A DNA stretch of 64,000 bases from the NCBI RefSeq assembly GCF_009914755.1, contig NC_060947.1; one strand, given 5' to 3'. The translations under genes were made by a program, and so were the position numbers. Every line of letters starts with the position of its first letter. Positions within the stretch are counted from its first letter, which is position 1. This document shows positions 14,290 through 27,476 of this stretch, one piece after another. The notes beneath the pieces are model-generated. The model had not been told where the DNA came from and made no database searches. It saw only the letters and a program-made list of their open reading frames with translations. This DNA comes from the human T2T-CHM13v2.0 reference genome, Homo sapiens.

Positions 14290-15540
14290 AGTAATATTTA
14301 GAAACTGAGGAAACAACCTTGGGATGGGTTCAGTGTCCCACAGGCCCTACCGTTAGGTGGACTCCTGTCCAAACTCCATTTATCTTCTGTCCATCTGATT
14401 AATGGGTCACAGTAACTTTCTTGGTCCTCAGGAATTAGTGTGATCTCAGAGTCAGTGTCCAATAATCCCCCAAAGATGTACATTTTTCCCTTTCCCAGTG
14501 CACATTTACTAAGGTAAAATGAGTCTCGCAGTGGAGTCTCACTGATGAGGGCTGGAAGGGAGATCCAGAAAGAATTGAGGAAGTCTTTGCAGTGTTATTT
14601 CTTGGAGCACACAGCCTCCCTTTCACTCAAGGAGCCCTGGTCTGAAAGTTAGGGGACCAGGTTTTAGAAGTAGGCGAGAGGTCCCAACTTGGTATTTTTA
14701 TTTTTTGGCATATGTCTAACCTCTGTTCACCAGATATGGAATGGTAGTGGTGGTGTTATAGAATCCAGATTAGGGGCTTAATAGACTATCTAGGATCCTC
14801 ACACCTGGGGATCCCATGATCAGTCCATTACTGCCACAGATCCCTGTGGCTTCGACTCTTCTAATTTTCAGTCTAGGAACCATGATCATCTTGCTTCTGG
14901 AATTAAGTACTGCCTCCTCGTCTCTGTCATGTCAAGATACTCATAACACATTGACATCATGAAGCCTGTTTCTACATATTATCTCCTGGCAGTAATTCTG
15001 GTTGACAGAGGAGAGGCACTCCCCTCACCAATTTATTTCTCAAGGCCATGAGGAAAGGAATTGTCTTTTGGGGGTTCTCAAGTAACATCATCAGTGTAAA
15101 TGTGGAAATGAATCAACTCAAACGTTACTATGTTCATAAGTCTTTAGAGTTACTGCAAATGAATTTCTTGCATCTCAACTTTATTTATAATAAGCCACAA
15201 CTGAGTCCAGGTTTTAGCCAACCAACCAAGTAAACTATTAGAACTACTTTCAGCCTCAAGTTAGCCTACTGGATCAAGAATATCTGGTAAGTCGACCCAT
15301 ATTGATTAATTCAGCCCAATATAGAGTTTTTTCTATTTTTGGTCTAGCACCTCAGAATCCACTTCCACATATATTTCCCAGATTTTTATAGATTATAAAT
15401 CACCAACATGCAATTATTTTGGCATGTAAGCCTTCTTCTTCTGTGGAGACTTGGTGATTGGCCCCCAGAACATGCTGATCTGATTCTAGAGGTGGGAGTA
15501 GAGCGTGAGAATTGGCTTTCTGTTGAGTTGCTCCTTTTGG
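14290..15540 (-). mobile_element. ERV-L internal fossil: degenerate gag plus aspartic protease
   Basis: Minus-strand translations give KSGKYMWKWILR (~15350-15390), DLWQ*WTDHGIPR (~14803-14841), FTLVNVHW and GLLDTDSEITLIPED (ORF 14298-14483). These resemble HERV-L Gag and protease motifs in the correct order, with stops and frameshifts. Confidence 0.75.
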
Positions 15541-16699
15541 TAAGAGGTCAGTTAAAATTCAGGGATTTATTATTGAGGAAGAAGGGAAGAATGCATACTG
15601 TGAGACGCCTAGATCTTTCTGCCACTTTTAAGATATTTTTACATTTTACTGTGGTGAAACTGCCTTCTACTTTTTCTATGTCCCCATCACCCCCAAACCA
15701 CCATGGTATGGAAGCTGATCAACTGAAAAGACTTGCTCGCTCCCCTTCAAGCCCAGGGCTTCCCAGGACATCATATGACAATCTATTCAACCACATTTCC
15801 TATGCTGATAGTTTCATTTCCTAATTCTCTCTTGATGCCATTACCTCATTTGCCCTTATCACTGCAGAGCCTAGCAGGCGACCAAATCGTTGATATTGAT
15901 TACATGTTCTGTTCAAGTCCTCTTTCTCTTTTGCTCTTTTTATCAATTTATTCAAGGATGCTTTCTTATTGAACTAATACTTAAGTCCCAAGTCGTGTAT
16001 AGTTTTGTAATGACTTACACAAATAAGAGTGAGGGAAAGTCTGGTGTGCTTTTGAACCGTGGGATTTAACCATGAGGATATTTTATTGAAGCCTTCAAAA
16101 AATCCTAATAGATTAAAACATGCCGCTTTTACAAAGAGACATTTGGGTCTGATCAACTGTTTTCTTAGGGACACATCTATTTTTTAAAATAAAAACAAGC
16201 CTTTGTAATAACAGTAATCTTATATGTTAATAGTATATGAAATAGCTACTAAAACAACCATGTAATGTTGTTATGCAGAGAGATATTAGATTAGATGAAT
16301 ATAGATACATGGATAGATAAATATATGCCTCCCTGACTTTATCTCTGCATCATTATAATGAAAATGTAGTCTGGAAAATGTGCAGGAGGGGAGAGATATT
16401 TGTGGAATTATATGACAGAGGTTGTTCTTTAGAATTTCTATGTTTTAAATTATTTTCATCATCAATACTGCTTCCAAAATGGGAGCCCTGGTAGGCAAAA
16501 ACAAGTATGCCACTTCCCTATCCAGTGGTTATTGGACCCCTCACCGATTTTTAGTGGGAAAATACCAGGAATAATTCATGTTGATTCACTTCCTGAATTA
16601 AAATAATGAGGTATGCTTAGCCAGTGACATCTTCAGTAGAAAATGTGTTCTGTGATCTGCTACAATAAGTATTTTATTTTGCCATTTATACATAGAAGC

Positions 16700-17141
16700 T
16701 GTAATGGGCCCTGTACTTCACCCATGTCCTCCTGGCTACTATGTTTCAGTGCACACAGCCCAGCTTCCAAACTGCCAACCACTGCATTCCTTTGTTAAGG
16801 GCTTCCCGTGTCCGACAAAACACACTTTGCCTGCCCTGTGTAACAGGTAGTCCTCAATAAAAGAAGGATGGGAGTTGGTACACAAATACCGCAGCTCCCT
16901 CACTCCTCAGCTGAGATCACTCTGAGGTGTATGTTCTATTCAGACTCCCAGAACTTCCCTGGTGAGATTAAGCCTGTTACCCATAGTCATATCTGACTTC
17001 ACAGCCCCTCCCTTCAGTTGCCTTCCCTGCTTCATCTCACCTCCCCAGTTCCCTACTGGTGTTTCCTTTCCTGCCTAAACAAGCTACCTTCCCTTGAACC
17101 CTCATCTCAGAGTCTGGTACTGGGGAAAGCAAACTACGACA
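16700..17141 (+). mobile_element. LTR16-family (ERVL) solo LTR
   Basis: TG...CA, ending ctcagagtctggtactggggaaagcaaactacgaca. Perfect 5-bp TSD GAAGC at 16695-16699 and 17142-17146. Confidence 0.8.
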
Positions 17142-19158
17142 GAAGCCAAAAAGAAAAGAAAAGCTTATTGATGTGCTAACTACCCTGGACTTTGGCCTGA
17201 ATCATAACTTCTGATTTAGATAGAGAAATCTGGATTATGGAAGATATTGAAATTAAGTCAAAATGGTTTGAATCATGACTTCAATCACTATGTAGTATAG
17301 ATTAATTTTTAAATCATTGTTGGTCTTTTTTTATATAAAATAGTCCTCCATATACTCATCAAGTATAGTCCTCAATGTAGCCCTCAAAAATGCTTATCAA
17401 AACTCCAGTAGACTATTTTGGAAGTGTCTGGGCAAAGGAAAGTGCAGTATCCTTTCCTCCAATGGCACATGGCCGTGCGCTGCATCAGGGCTCATGGCCT
17501 ATTGATTTTGCCGCGGGTTTAGTTTTGAAAACACATGCAACCATTTAAAGTGATTATTGCTCTTTCTAATATGGCAGCCAAGGTTAAAATGCAGATCAGT
17601 CTGAGCGAGAGACCAAGCTCTGGCCCATAAGAAGCTGCAAGCAGGCAGGAGGGCTGTGGCTATGCTCATGTCATTAGAGGAAGGAGAGCAAATGGGGATT
17701 AAGGAAGGGCTGGTGCCCGAGTCATCCCAGGGCAGTTCCAGATCACATGTGCATCAAGACTATGTGACATTTAGATGTCTCGGGTCACCCCAAGCCACCA
17801 GATTCTCTTCTAGTCCTTGCTGTACTTGGAAGTTCCCGCATGTACTCCTTACACATCAGAAGAAAATAGATGATGAGTGTTTGATTGTGCATGAAGCAGA
17901 TAGATTTCCTCTGCTCAGCTAGACTGCAAAGAAGCCACCAAACCTTCGGTGACCCACCAAAGGGCTCTAGGAGTAAATCACTCTCCCTTCTCTCTTTCTG
18001 TCATTCTGTTTCTCTCCCTCCCTTTTTTCCCCCCTCGCCCTCCTACATGTCTTCCTCTTTACTATGTCTTAAGCAGCAAGCAAGCTCTGAAGCTTAAAAA
18101 ACAGATGATCTTTTACATGTCTTTGTTTTGGTAAAGTCTTGTGACACCAGACTGCCCCTGAGTCATTCTTCACAGCTCCCACCTCCCTATGACCCATCCA
18201 CCTCGTATTTGGGCATCTGTAAAGTTCCCAGCACATCTGTAATCAGATAGAATGCATCAGGCCCCCCGAGGAAGAGTCTGTTGTCCTAAAAATCTGATTT
18301 TCAGACCATAGCAAGTGATTTCAGCTTATTTACCGGGATCAAAATTTGGCAAATAACCATGATGTTTGAGGACCAGAGACTATTACATAATCATCCTTCA
18401 GTGGAGACAATGAGGTCACATGTTTACCCATCTAATCGATGATCAGGGACATGTTTCATTGCAGATAATGTGCTCACTGGCCCACAACTTAATTACTGAG
18501 TGTCTGAATCAACAAAGCTTTCAGATGTAGGTCTTGCCTAATGGTGCATCTGTTAAAGATCATTGCCTCAGTTTGGCCTCTAAAAGAAAGGTCTGGGGGA
18601 TACAACAGGCCATTGCCAGTGCTGTTCTCAATGACCTCTCATTGAAAAACATGCCAGTTCCCACGGTTTATTTTCTAGCCAGCAATAGACATTATTGTGT
18701 ATATGCAGGGCCAAGTAGAACCAATGATTCCAGGGTGACAGATATTGGTAAATCCTCTGGTGAAAGCATGCTCTCCGAGGAAATTAATGCCACACAACAG
18801 AGAGGGGGTGGCTCCCCTCCCAGGCTAGGAAAGAAAATGTGTCAATAAAAGTCTGGGGAAATAAGCAAGCAATAAGCAAAGTAGGACCAAAATGTTGGGT
18901 GTATTGGTTGGGGTCCTTGCAGTAGACCAGGATCTAACTACAGAGTTTGGAGTCCAATGGTGTCTTTTGAAGGGTCATTTCTCCTGGTTAATTCTTCCTT
19001 CTGAATTCCCTACCCTATGTGTGTGATTTTCCTGGATTCCAAATAGAGCTCCTACCCTCCTGCTCCTGGGCCATCACTATCACAACCATGATGCCTAGCA
19101 ATGAATTCAAAATTTGGGAAAAAGAAAAGTTTGGAGTTTTTGTTTGTTTGTTTTTTCA

Positions 19159-19476
<318 letters not shown>

Positions 19477-22400
19477 TTAAGGAGTCTTGGTCCATGCACT
19501 ATTATTATATCACTGGAGGCAGCTATGCTATCTCCTGTTTCCTCATCTGCAAATTTAAATAAATGCAACATGCCATTTTAAGGAAATTATAACAAAGTTG
19601 GATCCACCAGATGATTTTAGAATGCTAAGCGAAGGCCTAATTTCCAATACTAAGCAGAAATCCCATGCCCTCATGGGTGTCTGGCCTTCTACAAGTTGAG
19701 ATGTCTCCTTTGGCTTCTTCTGATGCTCCTCTTCTCCCACTGAATGCAGGAAAACTCACCTCCATCAGAGTGAGGAGGGTAAGGATTGCCTGAGATCAAG
19801 AATCTGTGTGTTGTCAGGGCCAAAAGACACAGTATGAAACAAAGCAAAACAAAATCATAAATCAAGAACAAAGCCTTCCCTGTTTTTTGTTTTTGTTTTT
19901 GTTTTTCCTAAACCTTGCCATCAGCTATAAAGCAGCATGGATTGCGTGGGTGGATTGGATGTTGGTGTGTTCCAAATACTTCAGAAAAGAAATTCCTTCA
20001 GGATCCTGTCTTTTCTAGTGCACCATCAATGCGTGAACAATATTAAGCAGCAGGAATAGTTTCCCGAGAAGTCTAGACCCCCATTCTGTATGTCTAGAGA
20101 CATGAGCTATCCCAACACTGGAGTAAAACCTGTCGGCACACCTCCTCTAACCATGGCCCTCCCAACAAACAATCAGATTTGAAAAATTCAATTTGAGAGT
20201 GCAGACCTGCTTTGGCTTTGCAGCTAATCTGCAGACATTTGAAGCCCAAGGGGAAAGCCTTCTTCCCTCTGGAATCTGCACTGTAATATATCCTCACTGA
20301 ACCAGGGAAAGAGCTGGTCATAAAAAAGAGCCTTGTTATTTGATAGTGTGGTTTCTCCTAGTCGGTGGTGTCACTGAATTGTTTTGCTCAGAAGTCAAAT
20401 GTTAAGGGATTGATTTTCCTCCTTTAATAAACAAGCACAGGGGTGAAGGATGTGAGGCCAAGCACATTCCACAATCTGAAAATGATTGCTTAATTGAGGT
20501 TGCTTTTCTTTCTCTGAAGAACACCTTTAGGTGATGATGTTAAGGCTGCAATCTTATTTTATGGCTGAATCCCCTCTTTTAATAATCGGCATATATATTT
20601 TTTTGACTTTGTGTGATTTGCCTTCAGTGTAAGAGCTAAACAAGTTTGGTCATTTGTGTAGAGAAAAAAAATGAGCTCAATACATGACCGCTAAGGATTT
20701 TCTTAGCCTGGCAACATCCTGGTGGGTTGCTTCCTCTCTTCGTGAGTGCTCTTTGTATGGCTTGCTGAATGAATACATGATTGCATATGAACATTATGAT
20801 AATATATCCTCTCCTTTGGAAAAGCACAGAAATGTAATTAATGGTATGTGAGGCAAAGAACTAGCCATGGGCCACAGATGCATACATTCAGCAGCAGGTT
20901 AAAATCCCAAGACAGCATCAATTATCAAGTTAAATGCAGTTTCTATTTCAAGCTAGATTGCAAAGCAATGGGATAATGCCAGAGGCCCTCAGAAGGAACT
21001 AATTTTAATTGATCAACCCACAGTCCTTGAATCCAAATGAGCCCTGTTCTCATTGCCAAAGGGGGAACCCTAATTCTAGGTCAGCTCAAGAATGTAGAAG
21101 AGGGATTTCGCAGGATGGCACATTAAAATTAGTAGTGTTCCTTACATGGGCCTGATCATAATGGGAGACTTTTTGTAAATCCTCTAACTGCTCTAGTTAA
21201 AAATGAGGGATTCATTTGGGTAATTATCATCTCCCATGCCCTGGGCCTAACTTAGAAAACTACTGTGTCATTCAGCTATTCAGTAAGTAACCTTGGAAAC
21301 AAAGCTAATTACCTTTCAGTCTGTGCTGTTGAAATGTAAAGATCATACAAAATGAGTGCTTGAGATAATTCTAGAGAGGCTTATGTGTTCCTAATGGCTT
21401 CTGCTCCAAACAGAGAAGCTTTCCAAGTGTCCCGCAGGTCCTGGACCCAGAGGGGCCTTCTTTCACTCATGCCTCAAGCACAACATAGGAAAATCCCATA
21501 CATGGGGGAGGGGGAACAGAGAGGTATGGGTTGTCTTTTTTTTTTTAAGCAAGGTGATTTTCTGGATGAATGTGTTCTGTGTTCCCCCAGCACTTAGCCT
21601 ATAGACTGACACATAGTAGGCATCCAGGAAATGTGGGTGGAGTGAAAGTTGTATTGCACTCAAAGACACTCTCCTTGTAGTAGAGTATGATTATCATACT
21701 ATTTACAGTGTGCACACTAAAAACTGGGTATGGTACCTTATGCTTATTCACACCAGAGTTGTTTCTCTCCTAACGAATCTTCATCTATTTGTACTTTGTT
21801 TCTCCTTCATGGAAAAGTTGCATAATAATTGGTTGTTTATAAACCTATAAGATAAATAAGGCTGTTTCCGTGAGACATATGGGTTTTTAAAGAGCCACTT
21901 AGCATGTAATGTGTGAATTTTAAAAATTATAACTTCATTGAAAGCAAAGACTCTGTCTTTTCCTATATTATACTATATGTGCTATCTAATGAATGATAGA
22001 ATGTGGAAGTTCCTAAATCCTATATATAGTGAATTTGAGCCTCAACAAAATATAATACATATTAAATTTAAAATTCAAAACATCCATTGAATTTGTCTAA
22101 TGACTTTGGTATGTATTGTGCTGCAAATTTGCCTTGGAAGACATTAAAATTTGAAGACAATTTTTATAACATTATATCAGAACTTAATTTTGAAACTGAA
22201 CATAGATAATTTACATTAAAACAAAGTGAACACTGAAGCAAATTTGGTAACCCCACCCAACTACTCTAATCAGTATAGAGTGAGACAGTCTGAGGCAATC
22301 TAGCGCCTATTTAGGACCTGTTTACCTCGTCTGCTGACAGATTATTAGGCTGGCATATTTTGTTCTGATTGATATTCCCCATGCCATATGTATATATTAG

Positions 22401-23280
22401 ATGTAGATGACCAGATAAATCATAGTCTGGTGAAACACGTGGGACCTATGACCAGACAGGCACCTTTTCGGGAAAACTTAAACTCATCAGGCACTGCTGA
22501 CTCTGTGGCCAGTCACAGGTGTAGGCAATGATAGCCCTGCTTTTGGAAGCTGATCTCTATGAAACAGAAAAGCGGGAGAGTAATTTACACTTGGGATATT
22601 TCAAAGTACATCTGATTTTTTACAATGGTTGGCTCTGAAGCAAGGATCAAAGTCACTCAGCCCGAGAAACGATGTGAGGTCTCTGCATACCAGGTAAGTG
22701 ACATGCTTGCTTTTCAAACAGTGTGCTCTTGATAACCTTGTCCCTCAAATCTTCACACTGTGAAGTTGCCCGAGCCTTTCAGAAGATCATAAGATGCTAG
22801 AGGAGCCCAGGTGATTCTGTTTGGTCTATGATAGTGTTGGACATTGATTCAGTTGACATAGAGACTCTCCATTTTAGCAGCAGGAGACATGTTTCATCTT
22901 TGGATGGCTCTTCTCCTCTCTTGTTCTGTTTGCTCAGCTTTACTTCATTGTGCCTTATAATGAACTCTATTCCATCTGGGTGAGGGGAGTTTCTAACTTA
23001 TAATGAACTGTATTCCATCTGGCCTCTGTAGATGTAAAATGCACTCACTGTAAAACTCCTCATCCTTGGAGGAAGAATATCAATGATATCCAATTCCTCA
23101 GGTGATATTTAACTTCATATGAGTGATCAGTCAGCCATGATTTTACCCATGGTACTCAATAATTCAGAATGAGAGGCCCCCACTTAGGCAATATGGGTTT
23201 CAGCTGACTCATATCTCATTTCTCTCCAGGTTTGGGGATATGTAGCTATCTGAAATATAAAAATTAATTTAGTCTAGATT

Positions 23281-23701
23281 CACATTTTACATTTAGTCAA
23301 ATATTTATTTGAACTCATACAAAGTTTAGTGACATAATTTAAAAGGTGAAGAACTAAAACGCATTCCAAATATTGACCAAAATACTGTAGGAAGTAGCTT
23401 GGGAAACTTTTCATCAAAATCGTTAGGCACATTGCCATATCATTCTCCATAAAATCATATCCCTCCTCAAAACCACACCCTCCAGGTGTTGAATTTATGG
23501 GCTAATTTGTTCTGTGAGGTGCCAAAAATGAAGATAAAGTAAGAAATACAGCCAACTAGAAGGAAGAGATATAAATGTACAAACAGGCCATTTCTGCTAG
23601 AGTCTCAGGCATTCAGGAGGTTCACAATCATCATACAAATATATAAAATTTTAGTGAGCTATTGAATCCATCTTCTGCCTCTTTATTTCTTCACATCAAT
23701 C
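23281..23701 (-). other. SMPX: SMPX terminal exon (exon 5), entirely 3'UTR
   Basis: Strong minus-strand acceptor tttggtttttctttttcag|GATTGATGTGAAG at 23701, and AATAAA about 23 nt from the inferred end. Agrees with my recollection of the SMPX mRNA 3'UTR. Cleavage position approximate. Confidence 0.85.
23304..23309 (-). terminator. SMPX: SMPX polyadenylation signal AATAAA
   Basis: Plus-strand tttatt near the end of the terminal exon, with TGTA upstream (tttgtatgagttcaaataaa) on the minus strand. Confidence 0.8.
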
Positions 23702-23744
23702 CTGAAAAAGAAAAACCAAAGGAACCATGAGTTTTTTGCCTCCA

Positions 23745-24556
23745 GTGTCATTAAGGCATAATTGACAAATAAAAATGGTATATATTTACAGTATACAATG
23801 CAATGTTTTGATATATGCATACATACATTGTGAAATGATTAAGTCAACATAATTAGCATATCCATCACCTCACATACTTATTTTTGTGATGAGGACATTT
23901 AAGATCTCTTAGCAATTTTCAAGGATACATTATTAACTGTAGTCATGATGCTGTACAATAGATCCGATATGGTTTGGCTGTGTCCCCATCCAAAATCTCA
24001 TCTTGAATTGTAATAATCCCCACATGTCAAGGGTGGGGCCAGATGGAGATAATTTCATCACGAGGGCGGTTCCCCCCATACTATTCTCATGATAGTGAGT
24101 GAGTTCTCATGAGATCTCATGATTTTATAATGGCTTTCCCCCGTTTTGCTCTGCACTTCTCTTTGCTGCTGCCATGTAAAGAAGGACGTGTTTGCTTCCC
24201 CTTCTGCCATGATTGTAAGTTTCTGAGGCCTTCCCAGCCCTGCAGAATTGTGAGTCAATTAAAACTCTTTCCTTTATAAGTTACCCAGTCTCAGACATTT
24301 CTTCATAGCAGCACGAGAACGGACTAATACGAGATCTCCAGAATATATTCCTCTTATGTATCTGAAATTCGGTCTATTCTTTAACCATCATCGCCCCATC
24401 CACATCACCCCCCACCCCAAGCCCCTGGCAACCACCATTTGACTCTCTGCCTCTATGAGTTTAATGTTTTTAGATGCCACATATAAGTAAGATCATGCCA
24501 TATTTGTCTATGACTGTCTTATTTGACTTAGCATAATGTCCTCCAGGTTCATCATT
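23745..24556 (-). mobile_element. L1MA/MB 3' end, interrupted by a THE1 LTR
   Basis: ggcataattgacaaataaaa...ctgtacaatagatc | agatctccagaa...tgacttagcataatgtcctccaggttcatc, contiguous across the THE1 insertion. Confidence 0.8.
23965..24331 (+). mobile_element. THE1 (THE1C-like) MaLR solo LTR
   Basis: gatatggtttggctgtgtcccc ... gagaacggactaatac. Perfect TSD AGATC at 23960-23964 and 24332-24336. Confidence 0.92.
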
Positions 24557-24799
24557 AGTATAATTTTCATGAGATATGTTAGGGACAGCTTATAAATCAA
24601 TATGATAGGAATAAGTCAACATTGAAGACCCCATTTTCACTTGAAAACTTCATCTCTCAATTCCATGAATGTAAATGAACTATGGGTAGATGCTGTGGCC
24701 ATCAACTTTGGCTCTAGTGATTTAAGTAATTCTAAACTAAATTAAGATAGCTTCTCCTGAAGGATTAGAGTATATTGTTAGTCTTATGATTATGGCTTG

Positions 24800-25313
24800 T
24801 ATGACCAGTGATCCCTGAGGTAAATTTGCATTCATGGCTCCTGTTCTTCACCTCTCCCTACTACCATGTAACTTTGTAGTTTTCTACCACTGTGGGTGGG
24901 GTATAATTCCTCATGCCTGAGTTTGGCCACACATCTTGCTTTGGCCAACAGAATGAGGCAGAAATGATGGTGTACCAGTTTTGAGCCTATGCCTCAAAAG
25001 GTATCACGTTTTTGCTTACTCTTGTATTTCTGCTGTTGCCATAACAAGGGTGTGGCCAGGTTAGCCTTCTGATCCCAGAAGAAGGACAAGAAATATGTGG
25101 AGCAGGGCCACCCCCGCTAAAGCACCCTAACCAGGCCCCATGTAGAGCAGAGCCCCCAGATGACCTGCAGACACATCAGTGAGTCCAGCCAAGATCAGCT
25201 GAGCCCAACCTATATCAGCTGAGGCCAAAACACATGAGTTAGAATAAGAAATGATCTTGTTTTAAACATTGAATTTGGGGTGTGATTTGGTATGCAGCAA
25301 TAGCTAATTGATA
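24800..25313 (+). mobile_element. MLT1H-type MaLR LTR
   Basis: cttgctttggccaacagaatgaggcagaaatgatggtgtaccagttttgagcct ... tatgcagcaatagctaattgata. Confidence 0.65.
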
Positions 25314-26039
25314 TGGTGCCACTTCTTTTCAAAGCTCTTGTAATGCAGGGATTCTTGAACACTATTTACACATTTGTTTTCCATTAGTCTTTGGTGTCAT
25401 TCCTTGTGTGTTTTACTTATGTGAGTGAGCTGAATCTTTTCTTAAAAATGGAATGCTCACCTTTTGTATTGCCAATGGCTGGAGAAAGAAAACTACATAC
25501 ACAAGGATATTCCCCCTGCTGGGGCAGAAACTCTGGTTTGGCACCCTCCATAACCCTTGTTTTTCTCTACTACAAAGGCTGGTGAGTGAAATAATATACT
25601 CTATTTCTCAGTCTCTCTTACAGCTAGGGGGAGCCATGGGACCCAGTTCTGGCCATTGAATCCAGAGAAGTATATAGCAGAGATCTCTCTATAAGAAAGC
25701 TTCTCTTTCTTGTATATTTCTTTAGAGATCACAAAGCCCATAGTGTCATTGAACATTTCTAGCATTGCTGTGATGCAGGTTGTGTTGTACTCACTGTTGA
25801 GATGAAATACATAGAAGTTCAAAAATCAAAGTAGCTAGCTCAAAGTCTCATAGCTGGTAGATAGAAAAGCTGGGATTTTAACAGAGGTGTCCCGACTTTA
25901 GGGCTGTTTCTACTCCACTAACAAGGTATGGATGGTTTGTGAACCAGAGGAAAAGGTAGGAAGTTATTAATGATTGCAAAACTGAAAATGCTATCAAGAG
26001 CAGTCAGCATAGGTTCTTGTATTTCCCCAGCATTTTATC

Positions 26040-26385
26040 TTATTATCAAAAGAACACAATATGAGATTTACTCTCTTAATACATTTTAAGTGTATAATAC
26101 ATTATTGTTGACCATAAGTACAATGTTGTACAGCAATGTTGTACAACTACCACTTCACTCTTTGATTCTATGTGTTTAACTACTTTAGCCACCTCATATA
26201 AGTGGAATCATGCAGTATTTGTCCTTGTGTGACTGACTTATTTTACTTTGCATACTGTCCTCAAAGTTTATCCATGTTGTCACATATTGCAGAGTTTCCT
26301 TCTTATTCCAGGATAAAAATTCCAGTGTGTGTGTTACCACATTTTCTTTATTCATACATCTACCAATGGACGTTTAGGTTGTTTA
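26040..26385 (-). mobile_element. L1MB-type 3' fragment
   Basis: acctcatataagtggaatcatgcagtatttgtcc...tttatccatgttgtc...aatggacgtttaggttgttt. Confidence 0.75.
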
Positions 26386-27476
26386 CTAATTTTTTTAAGA
26401 AATTATCAATTTTCAGTCCATGCCAGTCACAAAGTGGAAGTAAGATACCACTTCCTTCCCAGCCCATGGTTTCTGAGTGACCAGCAATTTCACAGCTTCA
26501 TCCTGGGGTATCAGGATCCAGGCTCATCTCTGGTCATTCTCCCTCAAGTATCCTATATTCTGAGTTCACTAGACCACTTTTTGCTCCTGTAATGACAAGA
26601 GCCTTTGGGCCTCGCCTCTTTGGTTATAACTTTTAAATCCAACCTCCCCATGATTCTCCATGTAACATGCTGAATTGTGATTATTTGCTTATATGCATCA
26701 TCTCACTCCTCATGTTTCCCACTATAGCTGCCCTGCCACTAGGCTAGGATCTTTTAAGGATATAAATATGTCCTATTCATTTTTACATCCCATTGCCTAT
26801 CATGGCACCTGACACATAGCAGGGGTCCAGTGATTGATGAGTTGGACTACTGGAGAAATGAAAATAGGAAAAGAACTGGAGTTGCAGTTATAGCCAAACC
26901 CACATTCTTCAATGTGAGTCAGCAGTAATGAGTGAAGGCTCATAGATGCAGAAATCCAGGAGTGTTGGGTTGATGTGCTATGTCTCCACTATGCTGCCAA
27001 TTCTGCCCTAGGTCCCAGCTCTAGCCCCATGATGGCCAGGGTATGCTGTAGCCACTTTACTGCTATGGTCACTGTGCTGGATGACATATGGCCAGTCTCT
27101 CTGGCTAAGTAAGAGGCCCATGACAAGCTTCCCTTGAAGCTGAGGTATTCCTTGGGCTTCTCTGAGCAGCATGGAATGGGTGATGATCCATAGGAAATTG
27201 TAACTGAAGCATGTTTTATGAGGTGTGATTTCTCTCCAAGATGTGTCCAGACTGAGAAGCACCATCTGCAACCCAGAAATGGGTACCATTTATATGGCAG
27301 ACTTGATATGGACTCTGATAATCCTTTATCTGTCCCAGATAGATAGGTGAAATTATGGCTATACTGAGAAACATAGGATGAGCCATTTGCATTGGAGAGT
27401 CATAAGATGTCCTTCACGACTGGGTTCAGCTTATAGGCCTCTCTGACTTTGAGACAGTTTTATAAACATAGAGAAC

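Noticed and set aside
22691-22699. Perfect plus-strand donor CAG|GTAAGT (another at ~3597-3605) suggesting an antisense transcript
   Set aside because: No convincing paired acceptor, and one or two such 9-mers are near chance expectation in 64 kb.
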